Shown: in pieces, positions 48,611 through 57,388 of the stretch | Position numbering within the stretch: the stretch's first letter is position 1 | Layout: the number at the start of each line of letters is the position of its first letter | Translations under genes and position numbers: made by a program | Notes under the pieces: model-generated | What the model saw: only the letters and a program-made list of their open reading frames with translations | The model's database searches: none | Told to the model about the DNA's origin: nothing | Assembly: GCA_015233335.1 (NCBI GenBank) | Contig: JADFXX010000011.1 | Span: 165 to 64,164 of the forward strand | Length of the DNA stretch: 64,000 bases | DNA from: Candidatus Omnitrophota bacterium | GTDB lineage: Bacteria; Omnitrophota; Gorgyraeia; Zapsychrales; Fredricksoniimonadaceae | Direction: 5' to 3'

Positions 48611-49513
48611 ATGAATAACAAAGCCTCTTCTCATCTTCAAAGGTTCACAGTACAATTCAACTTAGATATCGGCTGCAACGCCAATTGCTTGATGTGCGAT
48701 AAAAGAATCCGCTACAAAAAATCCAATAAAACCTACAGCAATCTTATAAAGCTCCTTTGCTTCCTTGATCCCCTAACGGTCCGCCGCATAAAACTGCAAG
48801 GCGGCGAGCCCCTTCTTGACCAAAAAGGTCTGCTTCTTTTTCTGAAAATCTGCCGTTTGAAGGGGTTTCATTGTTTTTTCCCGACCAACGGATCCCTGTT
48901 AACAAAAGACTTTTTTTGTGCCATGGTTCGCGCCGGCCTGTGTGAATTAACCGTTTCCCTTGATTCCTGGCGCGCCCAAGAACATGACGCTATCCGAGGC
49001 ATACAGGGCTTATTTGACCACATCATTCATATTTTAACCTATATTAGGAAACATTACCCCAGCTTTAAGCTTGAGCTGAATTTTCTTGCCTTGCCTCAAA
49101 ATATCCATTCTTTAGACAAAACGATATCTCTCGCAAAAACCTTAGGGATCAATACATTTAATATCCTCTACCCCGAAAACTTTGGGAAAAACTTTGGGCA
49201 AATTCAACTGACTGCATCGGCCCGCCAAAAAATAAAATCTATCCTATTGCGCCGTCAATCCTCAAGGATGCCCATCCATTGGAATGCCCGTAATATCAAA
49301 GATGACGCCGCCTGCCTCTGGCAGCCTGACAAGATCATTATATTTGAAAACGGTGATATCAATTTCTGCGAGCATTTTCCCTTCAAAAAGAAATATACAC
49401 TCGACCAACCTTTAAGGATGATATTAAAAAAACCGGAAATAAAGAACTTTTTCAATAGCGATCACCGGCACTGTCATTTGAGTCGCCCTTTAAGACCAAT
49501 TCTGTCTAATTGA
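48611..49513 (+). CDS. radical SAM enzyme
   Basis: 300 aa. CNANCLMC and QGGEPLL. Sparse C-terminal Cys (CLWQ...FCEH...HCH). The plus-strand gene is embedded in the minus-strand operon, and its 3' end overlaps the convergent gene by 40 nt. Confidence 0.7.
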   Translation: MNNKASSHLQRFTVQFNLDIGCNANCLMCDKRIRYKKSNKTYSNLIKLLCFLDPLTVRRIKLQGGEPLLDQKGLLLFLKICRLKGFHCFFPTNGSLLTKDFFCAMVRAGLCELTVSLDSWRAQEHDAIRGIQGLFDHIIHILTYIRKHYPSFKLELNFLALPQNIHSLDKTISLAKTLGINTFNILYPENFGKNFGQIQLTASARQKIKSILLRRQSSRMPIHWNARNIKDDAACLWQPDKIIIFENGDINFCEHFPFKKKYTLDQPLRMILKKPEIKNFFNSDHRHCHLSRPLRPILSN

Positions 49514-50601
49514 TGAAAACAGCTAATTATATTTTCTATGCTCTCTGTCTCCATATTGCCATGAACGGGCAAGAACACATAACTTTCGTAAATGCTGTCC
49601 ATGGTCTCAATAATCCTTTTGTCCAAAAAACATGAATCGATATAAGCATTCGGCTGACCTTTTTGCCTTTTATCGCTCATGTGATAATTGATCCCCCTCA
49701 ACAGTGACAATAATCTTTCTCTGGTTCTTCGGGAGCCTATCTTCAAAACAAAGGAAGAATAGTTTATTCTAAGGCTGTCCTTAATCGGGATGATATCGAC
49801 CCAAGGATATTTTAACAATGATCGCTGATACTTAAGCCAAATTTTCTTTCTGGATTCTATATTCCGGTTTAAATCATTAAAATTTGCGAGTCCAACCGCA
49901 GAACGCAATGCATCGAGCCTGGAATTAAAGCCTAAGGCCGTAATTGTTTTCGAATAATCACCTATGCCAACTAATTTCCCGACCCTTTGGGCAATGGACG
50001 GATCATTGGTCGCAATCATCCCTCCCTCGATGGTTGAGAGGATCTTCCCTCCTCCGAAAGAATAAACTCCCATGTCCCCGATACTCCCTAAGGATCTCCA
50101 CTCTCCCTTGATCTTTAGCATTGAACCAAAAGCTTGGCACGCATCTTCTATAATAAAAAGATCGTGCTTACGGGCTATCCCTGTCAATTTATTTAAGTCT
50201 TCGGCGTATCCGCTAAAATGGACCGGGATGACGGCTTTTGTTTTCCTTGTTATCTTTTTCTCTAAATCTTCAATATCAAAAAAACCATCCCTCTTTAACA
50301 GGGGAAAGACTGGTTTACAACGAGTTTTTAGAATAGCGGAAATCGTCGCGATATTTGTCAGAGGGTTGGTGATGACTTCACTGCCTTCCGTCAAGTTCAA
50401 GGCTAACAGTGCAATGTGCAGGGCATTCGTCCCGCTGTTGCAGGCATAGGCGTATTTCGTCCCAAGATATTCGCCGACTTTCTTTTCAAAAGTTATTCGC
50501 AGATTAACCTGTTGCCCTTTGATCAATCCGCTTAAAATATGGTTCACATAAGAAATGGCGTTCGGGCCTATCGTGGCACTATCAAGTTCGATCTTGTTCA
50601 T
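49474..50601 (-). CDS. DegT/DnrJ/EryC1/StrS-family PLP aminotransferase (second copy)
   Basis: 375 aa. NSGTNALHIALLAL, EDACQAFG, and the PLP-Lys context FGGGKILS. Confidence 0.8.
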   Translation of the reverse strand: MNKIELDSATIGPNAISYVNHILSGLIKGQQVNLRITFEKKVGEYLGTKYAYACNSGTNALHIALLALNLTEGSEVITNPLTNIATISAILKTRCKPVFPLLKRDGFFDIEDLEKKITRKTKAVIPVHFSGYAEDLNKLTGIARKHDLFIIEDACQAFGSMLKIKGEWRSLGSIGDMGVYSFGGGKILSTIEGGMIATNDPSIAQRVGKLVGIGDYSKTITALGFNSRLDALRSAVGLANFNDLNRNIESRKKIWLKYQRSLLKYPWVDIIPIKDSLRINYSSFVLKIGSRRTRERLLSLLRGINYHMSDKRQKGQPNAYIDSCFLDKRIIETMDSIYESYVFLPVHGNMETESIENIISCFHQLDRIGLKGRLK

Positions 50602-52102
50602 GTGCCTCCCTGCACAATTTTAAAAAACCCTCGGACCCTAAAACGGGCCTTTTTTTCATCAAATCAATCATAAGCCCTTTTCTTGATTCATTAAACAAAA
50701 AAGAAAGGCACCTGTCCGGTTCAAAATTAGGGATTCTCAACCGGCCTATAGCCTTAAAATAATAATTATATTGAGAAGTCGCCTTTCGATTAACCGGCAA
50801 AAAAGGAAGACTCCTGGAATACGGCGCCAGAGTGTAGGAAACCTTATTGATCCCATACCTGCCTGGATTCTTGTAGATGTCGGAACCGATCAAAAGCTGA
50901 AACTGGTTAATTAAAATGGAATCGATATTCTCGATGTTCTTTTTTATAAATAATAAATCTTTCTTCAAGTGCCCCAAGGTCTGGTCAAAAAGACCGCACA
51001 TAACAAAGATATGCGTCCATACTCCGGCCTTCTTACAATTCTTGAGCACGTCAGATATAGTGTGTAAATTTTTATTCTTTTTAAGATTAACGATGGACGG
51101 CACCGATACCGATTCAACCCCAAAACATAACGCCAGACAACCGGTCTTCCTTAATTTTAAAAGGTCATTTGGTTTCAGGTCGCTGTAATGCGCAAAAGCC
51201 ACATATCGGATCTTAAGCTTATTCTTTAATATTTGATCGCAAAATAACTTGAGATAACTATTGGAAAAGGTTATCGAATTATCATAAAAGAAAACTTTAC
51301 TGGTTTTATACTTCTTAGTCAGCGCCTTCAATTCAGACACAGCCTTAACAGGCTTCTGGACATTAAAATAATTATACTTGGGCAGCCCGCAGAAAAAACA
51401 ATCCCGCCCGCATCCCTGGCTTAACCGATACGGTAAAACCAAAGAAGAAAACCCAAAATGTTGGGAATTGTATTTCTTATACAGATCGAAAGGCAGCCCT
51501 GAGAAATCCGGCATAGGGATCAGGTTCTGAGAAATAATGTCGGAACATTGGGAAAGCAAAACCCTTTTGTTCAACCGGTAGGACAGGTTAGGAACAGCCT
51601 TTGGGTCTTTATTCTTCAACAGGTATTCCAGGCTAAGCTCTCCCGAATCAAAAACAATGTAATCTATAAAATCATATTTTTTCATGAGGGCGCATGAAAT
51701 TGTTTGAAAAAAAGCTCCCACCAGGACAACTGACTTGCCCATCTTTTTTAAGATCTGTCCAATGGTGAGCACGACCAAAAGCTCTTCGGAGTTCTCAACA
51801 TAAAAAGCAATAACCGGATTTTTCAGATTATTGATCAACCTTATGATTTTCCGGCTGTATTCTTCGATCATTTCATCAGGTTTCTTTAAAAGATGGGATA
51901 AAACATTCCTGTAACTGTAATAGGATAAATCAATGCCATTGTTTAAATTTAACCGGTTGAACATCCACACCTTGATCTCTAAATCATCAATAGTAATATC
52001 ACACTCCCTTGAGAGATAGCCTTTTAAAGACGCCACTTGATAAGGCATGACCCCATTTTTCCAATAGTTGTCTGTTGAGGGAGGTTTTAAAAGAGTAATC
52101 AT
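50582..52102 (-). CDS. radical SAM enzyme with long N-terminal domain (class B / cobalamin-binding-domain-like)
   Basis: 506 aa. CGRDCFFC lies about 230 aa from the N-terminus. The B12 domain is inferred from architecture, not from a recognised motif. Confidence 0.6.
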   Translation of the reverse strand: MITLLKPPSTDNYWKNGVMPYQVASLKGYLSRECDITIDDLEIKVWMFNRLNLNNGIDLSYYSYRNVLSHLLKKPDEMIEEYSRKIIRLINNLKNPVIAFYVENSEELLVVLTIGQILKKMGKSVVLVGAFFQTISCALMKKYDFIDYIVFDSGELSLEYLLKNKDPKAVPNLSYRLNKRVLLSQCSDIISQNLIPMPDFSGLPFDLYKKYNSQHFGFSSLVLPYRLSQGCGRDCFFCGLPKYNYFNVQKPVKAVSELKALTKKYKTSKVFFYDNSITFSNSYLKLFCDQILKNKLKIRYVAFAHYSDLKPNDLLKLRKTGCLALCFGVESVSVPSIVNLKKNKNLHTISDVLKNCKKAGVWTHIFVMCGLFDQTLGHLKKDLLFIKKNIENIDSILINQFQLLIGSDIYKNPGRYGINKVSYTLAPYSRSLPFLPVNRKATSQYNYYFKAIGRLRIPNFEPDRCLSFLFNESRKGLMIDLMKKRPVLGSEGFLKLCREAHEQDRT

Positions 52103-53424
52103 AAGGCTCTTGGACCTGACATAAAATCAATAATATCTTCCTGCCCCATATTCAATTGCCTTAAAATGCCTTTATAATGCCCTTCGTGTCTGTGAGGCTT
52201 CAAACTGCCTTTAAACGATTCGAATACAGCCAGAGAAAAATATCCTAATTCGCCCCAAATGCATTCCTGTGCAGAATCAACAAACGGGGCTAATTCTTGA
52301 ATAAACCCTATTGTCTCATCGACATCACTTTCAAGTTCGCCCTTAAGTCCTGAAATCAATGTTATATAATTGTTGATTCCTATTAAATGCGCATAGGCAA
52401 GTGTATCTTTGATCGACTTCTTGGTAATTCCCTTATTGATTTTCTTCAACATTCTTTCAGAACCCGATTCGACCCCCCAACGGATCTGGACACAACCGGC
52501 GGCTTTGAGACAGTCCAGCAATGGTTGCTGCATATTCGGTATGGCAAGGGCACTCCATTTGATCTTCCTGTGCTGTTTTTTTAAAATTTCACAGAACCGC
52601 ATCAGACGGTCAGGATCCGGATTAACAGCGGCATCCATCAGATGAAACCGATCGGTACCGTATTTGCCGGACAACATCATCAATGCATCAACCGCCTTAT
52701 TGGGATCTTTGAGATTGATCGTCCCCTTATAGATATAATAACAAAACCAACAGCTGTTAATACATCCCCGGCTTAACTCGTAAGGCAATACCAGGCGTGT
52801 ATTTGATTTGTAACTTGCTAAATCAAACAAGGAAAAGTCCGGAGGAGGCAGACGATCGAGAGGCACATGGCTTTTAATCCCTGCTGCCGGATGACCTTGG
52901 ATGTAATCAGAAACAAAAAACTCATTGCCCCCCTTGGGAAATGCATCAATAAACTTAAAAAGCCGCATGATCTTATCAATGTGGTCTTCCGGACAGTTGC
53001 CAAAAAGAATCAGTTTGATGGAAGGGTGTTCTTTTTTAATGCGCAGGGAAAAACACAATGCCGACATAAGATACGCCAGTGTGAACTGTTCTAACACGGC
53101 GACCGAAACCACCACATATCCTATCCCGTCAAAATTTGTTGTGGACAATACCCGGTCAACATTTTCGTTAATTTCAACGTCTTCCCTTAGAAAATGTTTC
53201 ATACATCTTTTAAAATCATTGAAAATGCTTAAATTTATGCCCCTTTCCTGGTAGAAAGAATGCTCCTTTATGACATATTTCCTGAAATCAGCCAGAACAA
53301 CATTATGTTTAGCTTCGAGCTTAAGAACTGCGGCCAGATTGGCAATGTCCAACGGCGGAGACTTGACCATTCCCGGGCCCTTGAGAGCCGGCGGCAAGAG
53401 AATCATAATGTTCGTCTTGTGCAT
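52099..53424 (-). CDS. radical SAM enzyme with long N-terminal domain (class B / cobalamin-binding-domain-like)
   Basis: 441 aa. CINSCWFC lies about 218 aa from the N-terminus. The context LPYELSRGC parallels LPYRLSQGC in the neighbouring gene. Confidence 0.6.
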   Translation of the reverse strand: MHKTNIMILLPPALKGPGMVKSPPLDIANLAAVLKLEAKHNVVLADFRKYVIKEHSFYQERGINLSIFNDFKRCMKHFLREDVEINENVDRVLSTTNFDGIGYVVVSVAVLEQFTLAYLMSALCFSLRIKKEHPSIKLILFGNCPEDHIDKIMRLFKFIDAFPKGGNEFFVSDYIQGHPAAGIKSHVPLDRLPPPDFSLFDLASYKSNTRLVLPYELSRGCINSCWFCYYIYKGTINLKDPNKAVDALMMLSGKYGTDRFHLMDAAVNPDPDRLMRFCEILKKQHRKIKWSALAIPNMQQPLLDCLKAAGCVQIRWGVESGSERMLKKINKGITKKSIKDTLAYAHLIGINNYITLISGLKGELESDVDETIGFIQELAPFVDSAQECIWGELGYFSLAVFESFKGSLKPHRHEGHYKGILRQLNMGQEDIIDFMSGPRAL

Positions 53425-53428
53425 TTTC

Positions 53429-54583
53429 CTAAATCCCGGGCATGGAACATGGGGCGCCCTTGTTTTTAAGCATTTTTTCTATCACATCATTCCGGATATG
53501 GTCCCCGTCGTAAAAATCCCTGTCCCCCAAATGACAAACAGAGGGATCGTAAGAGCCGAATATTTCTAAATTAAACCTTTGGGCCAGGCTTTGGTAATAA
53601 TGTTCAACGTCTGTGATTCTTAAAACTTCCGGCCTATTCTCCTGGCCAATGAAACTTTTATAAACCTGAGGGTGTATCGGAAGCATACACAGCGTGACCT
53701 GAATATGCTGATTTATTAAATATTGAATAAAATTCTCTAAAATAGACTCTAATTCCTTGTCCATTTTCCTTTGGTTAAATTCCTGCATAAAAGTCCCGTC
53801 CTGCAGCTCCATGATGGTCTTTCTTCTGCTTTTTTCTATGTCCCATGAGAGCAGCTTCATAGTCCACAAACGTCTTCCGTCTTTAAACAATAACTGCCCG
53901 ATGCGGCCCTCTTTATGGTCAGGGTCAATTTGTTGAGGAGAACTTCTTAAGAGTTTCTCGATGGATTTCTGGAAATAACTGAAAGAAAAAACATTGAACC
54001 ACGCGCCGGATATCAAGGGCTGTTTGATCCTGGTTGACCGGATCTTCAGACGGCCGAGCATCCCAAAGGTGTCTTCTTTGATGGAAAGCCACCTTTCAGA
54101 AACAAAAGGAACGGCTATCAGTTGCGGATCAAGCAAAATGATCACTCTTTTAGGGAATAAATTCTTCTTTGCATACCCGTTAAAAATACCCAAATAATCA
54201 GCCAATAGGACATGGATGACTGAATTATTAACAACCTTTTTACCCGGGAATATATTCTCGCCGAACCACATAGAATGGCTTGATCCGAGGATGACGATAT
54301 CTGCACGCGATGTCATCTTTTGTATAAAATGCTTTTGTAGCAACCGGTCATCCATGTCTATCCGGACATTTTCAATATTTCTTCCCTCAATTAACGATTG
54401 GGCATTCTGCTCTTCAAGGCCTTCGTATTGATGAATGACCCCCTTGTATAAACCTGCGGGATCAACGCATATATTAACGGCTCCCACCAACAACAGCACA
54501 GGAGCAAATGCCAGGATCATTAAAAAAATCCTCCGGCCTTCTTTGATCTCAAAATTGGAAATAAATAAACGGGTTTCGCCCAT
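53429..54583 (-). CDS. DltD-like membrane-anchored SGNH-fold protein
   Basis: 384 aa (or 363 aa from M22 at 54520) with an N-terminal TM. VILGSSHSMWF resembles the Ser block of DltD. C-terminal YDGDHI is a DxxH block. Sits immediately downstream of the MBOAT gene, as dltD follows dltB. Confidence 0.5.
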   Translation of the reverse strand: MGETRLFISNFEIKEGRRIFLMILAFAPVLLLVGAVNICVDPAGLYKGVIHQYEGLEEQNAQSLIEGRNIENVRIDMDDRLLQKHFIQKMTSRADIVILGSSHSMWFGENIFPGKKVVNNSVIHVLLADYLGIFNGYAKKNLFPKRVIILLDPQLIAVPFVSERWLSIKEDTFGMLGRLKIRSTRIKQPLISGAWFNVFSFSYFQKSIEKLLRSSPQQIDPDHKEGRIGQLLFKDGRRLWTMKLLSWDIEKSRRKTIMELQDGTFMQEFNQRKMDKELESILENFIQYLINQHIQVTLCMLPIHPQVYKSFIGQENRPEVLRITDVEHYYQSLAQRFNLEIFGSYDPSVCHLGDRDFYDGDHIRNDVIEKMLKNKGAPCSMPGI

Positions 54584-56006
54584 AATGCCCCCAAAAAACC
54601 ATTGCTAAAACAAGCCCATAATAATACATCCACCTGCACCAAACCGGATCTTTAGCGAACACAAACTTTTCACCGGCATTTTGCTGCAATAAATCCATGA
54701 TGAAAAGAACAACCAAAAGCTCGCTGGTGTGTGTCCACCATGCGCGATCAAACCCCAAAGACACAAAACAGTTTTTTAGATAGCCCTCATTCCATCCGCA
54801 AGTCAATCGAGAAAAAATATAAACCGCATCGCCAACGCTCTTTGAGATAAAAAATATCCCGGCCAAAGAAAACAAAAGATAAGTAGCTGCCGTTTGCCAT
54901 ATTTTTAAAAAAAGGCCGTTTTCCTTAAGGCCCAAGATCCCGTGAATTCCCTTTCTTACCTTATAGGTCAGGGTAGAAAAAATGAGATAACATCCGTTGA
55001 TGGCCCCCCAGATGACATACGTCCAAGCCGCTCCATGCCAGAGGCCCGATAACAAAAATGCAATAAGTACATTCACCGCCCGGTTATTTCGCAAAATCCG
55101 GCTTTGACATAACGGAATATAAATATAATCTCTAATCCAGCTATAGAGAGTGATATTCCACCGCCACCACCATTCATCCATGGACCTTGAAAAAAAAGGA
55201 AAATTGAAATTATTTGTAATCCGATAACCCATCGCTTTCGCTGACCCCACGGCAATATCGGAATACCCGGAAAAATCACAATAAAACAGAACAGGACACA
55301 AAAGCGATGCCACCACAAACTCCGGCCCCTGATAGCCGTGGACATCTGAACAGACTTGGTTGACCAAAACAGCCAGACGGTCGGCAATAACCACCTTTTT
55401 AAACATGCCCCATGCCATCTGTTTCAATGCGTCCGCGATCCTTTGATAATCAACATTATGTTTCTCGCGAAACTGCGGGATCAGATTGTACGGCCTTTCT
55501 ATCGGACCGGCGACAAGTTGGGGATAAAACATCACATAAAGGGCATAAATCCCAAAATGATGTTCCGCTTTCTGCCTGCCCCGATAAACTTCAATGACAT
55601 AGGAAAGACTTTGGAAGGTGTGAAAGGAAAGCCCGATGGGTAAAATAAAATTGATGATCTTCGCGGGGTAATGCAGGTCGAAAAAGTCCCCTAACGCGGT
55701 CAGATTCAAACTAAAAAAATTAAAATATTTAAAAAAGAACAAAACCGAACATGTGGCCAAAATGCTGACGATTAAATATTTCTTGGCATGGGCACCTTTC
55801 AGGCGCGCATCTTCGATCAATATCCCCATCGAATAATCAATAGTGATCAAAAGGAACAAAATGAGCAGATACTGCGGGATAAACCACATATAAAAAATGC
55901 AGCTTGCCACCAGAAGCAAAGCCCAGCGCAACGAATGAGGATAAAGGAAATATAGAACCGTGACTACGGGAAAGAAAACTAAAAAAGGCGCAGAATTAAA
56001 AAGCAT
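54549..56006 (-). CDS. MBOAT-family membrane O-acyltransferase (AlgI/DltB-like)
   Basis: 485 aa. N-terminus MLFNSAPFLVFFPVV and conserved His block LLSGLWHGAAWTYVIWG. Confidence 0.85.
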   Translation of the reverse strand: MLFNSAPFLVFFPVVTVLYFLYPHSLRWALLLVASCIFYMWFIPQYLLILFLLITIDYSMGILIEDARLKGAHAKKYLIVSILATCSVLFFFKYFNFFSLNLTALGDFFDLHYPAKIINFILPIGLSFHTFQSLSYVIEVYRGRQKAEHHFGIYALYVMFYPQLVAGPIERPYNLIPQFREKHNVDYQRIADALKQMAWGMFKKVVIADRLAVLVNQVCSDVHGYQGPEFVVASLLCPVLFYCDFSGYSDIAVGSAKAMGYRITNNFNFPFFSRSMDEWWWRWNITLYSWIRDYIYIPLCQSRILRNNRAVNVLIAFLLSGLWHGAAWTYVIWGAINGCYLIFSTLTYKVRKGIHGILGLKENGLFLKIWQTAATYLLFSLAGIFFISKSVGDAVYIFSRLTCGWNEGYLKNCFVSLGFDRAWWTHTSELLVVLFIMDLLQQNAGEKFVFAKDPVWCRWMYYYGLVLAMVFWGHYGRNPFIYFQF

Positions 56007-56028
56007 TTAAGTCCCCACTGATTTTTGA

Positions 56029-56157
56029 TCACATCTGATAAACAACTCCGCCCTCCTGGGGACTGTTGATAATAATTATGAAAAACACTGTCGCTATCAG
56101 CAAAATGACGACATTGATCGCTATAAACCGCCAGTATTTCTTTAAAAAATTGATCAC
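56029..56157 (-). CDS. possible 42-aa single-TM peptide ((V/M)INFLKKYWRFIAINVVILLIATVFFIIIINSPQEGGVVYQM)
   Basis: Hand-translated. GTG start preceded by GGGAGG. Fills the gap between the SGNH and MBOAT genes. No homology support. Confidence 0.3.
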   Translation of the reverse strand: MINFLKKYWRFIAINVVILLIATVFFIIIINSPQEGGVVYQM

Positions 56158-56172
56158 CTTCACCTCCCGATT

Positions 56173-57156
56173 TTAATATAAATCTTTTTTGATGAAATCA
56201 AGCGTATGTTCAGCGATTAGTTGATGCGCTATCTTGTTCGGATGAGCATCATCCAGCGATACCCACAGGGCGGTCGGATCATGCCATTTTGAAAAAAACG
56301 GCGTCACGTCTAAAACATCTATCCCGTTATCCCTGAAGAATCCTTGGATCATTCGGTATCCCTTCTTAAAAGGGTAATTGGCCAAATTATGCAGATCGGG
56401 CATCATGACAACCTGTAAAAGAATATGATTCTTCCGGCAAACATCTTTTAATTCTAAAATAGCTTCTTTCGCGCGTACTAATCCGGGGGCTCCTTCTTTA
56501 TACTGCCCCGAATAATAGAATTTATAGCTTTTAGCGGCGTCTAGATGTTCTGCCAGAATATGCGAAAAAGACCAGCACAAAGTGATAAACTGAGAATGTC
56601 CTAAGAATCGCCATTTTGACTTATGGGGAGTCGGCATGACATCGCTGCCGACCCAAAATACGACAACTTTATCAGGATGATACTTCAGTCCTTTTGCGAT
56701 AAAAAGATGGGTTTCCTGATCGGTATTATAGTTGATCATCCCGGTATTAATGATTTGGGTAGGATAGATTTTACTCAAATTGCTCTCAAGAATATTATGA
56801 AAAGTATCTTCTTCTTTGACCCCCCAACCCAAAAGAAAAGAGCTCCCTAAAAAAATGATCCTTTTCTGATGAGTCCGGGCCACAGGATAATCTTTGCCCC
56901 TAAATCCGTCCGCATTCGTATGTATCCACACTCCCATCACTTTAATGGAAATATTAGGCTTATAAAAACGATAGCCCCCCTCTTCTACGATATTCATCGC
57001 ATACTTCGCCATCTCAACATCATAAACTAAATGATACCTAAGAAAGGCCCTCACACAAACCTCGACGATCAATAGGCTGATCAACAAAACAAGGATGATT
57101 TCGACAACCTTACTTAAAAAACTTATTTTCTTGGGCTTCGGCATATTGAGCAACAT
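56173..57156 (-). CDS. membrane-anchored SGNH/GDSL-family hydrolase/acyltransferase
   Basis: N-terminal TM, IIFLGSSFLLGWG Ser block, and C-terminal DDAHPN (DxxH). I prefer the start at M18 (57156) because the track start 57207 overlaps the small ORF 57161..57319. Confidence 0.6.
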   Translation of the reverse strand: MLLNMPKPKKISFLSKVVEIILVLLISLLIVEVCVRAFLRYHLVYDVEMAKYAMNIVEEGGYRFYKPNISIKVMGVWIHTNADGFRGKDYPVARTHQKRIIFLGSSFLLGWGVKEEDTFHNILESNLSKIYPTQIINTGMINYNTDQETHLFIAKGLKYHPDKVVVFWVGSDVMPTPHKSKWRFLGHSQFITLCWSFSHILAEHLDAAKSYKFYYSGQYKEGAPGLVRAKEAILELKDVCRKNHILLQVVMMPDLHNLANYPFKKGYRMIQGFFRDNGIDVLDVTPFFSKWHDPTALWVSLDDAHPNKIAHQLIAEHTLDFIKKDLY

Positions 57157-57160
57157 TTCA

Positions 57161-57319
57161 TTAGAAAAAAACGTAGATGAACGGAGATACATTTGAAATT
57201 TGTGCAAATAAAATAAGCGCCCCCAGCAATAAAAGGACGAGAATAATGGGTAAAAGCCAAAACCGTTTGCGGGCCCGAAGAAAATCCCAAAGTTCTTTTA
57301 AAATGGCCGTTTTGGACAT
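57161..57319 (-). CDS. 52-aa single-TM protein, DUF5989-like, with DltX-type C-terminal FIYxxF motif
   Basis: Hand-translated: MSKTAILKELWDFLRARKRFWLLPIILVLLLLGALILFAQISNVSPFIYVFF*. ATG at 57319 preceded by AGGAG with a 5-nt spacer; stop TAA at 57163-57161. Below the track length cutoff. Confidence 0.6.
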   Translation of the reverse strand: MSKTAILKELWDFLRARKRFWLLPIILVLLLLGALILFAQISNVSPFIYVFF

Positions 57320-57388
57320 CAGTGCTCCTGATTCTATGAAAATGTTAATCCTTGTCTCAATATTTATGTTATTATATTAGAAAATCGC

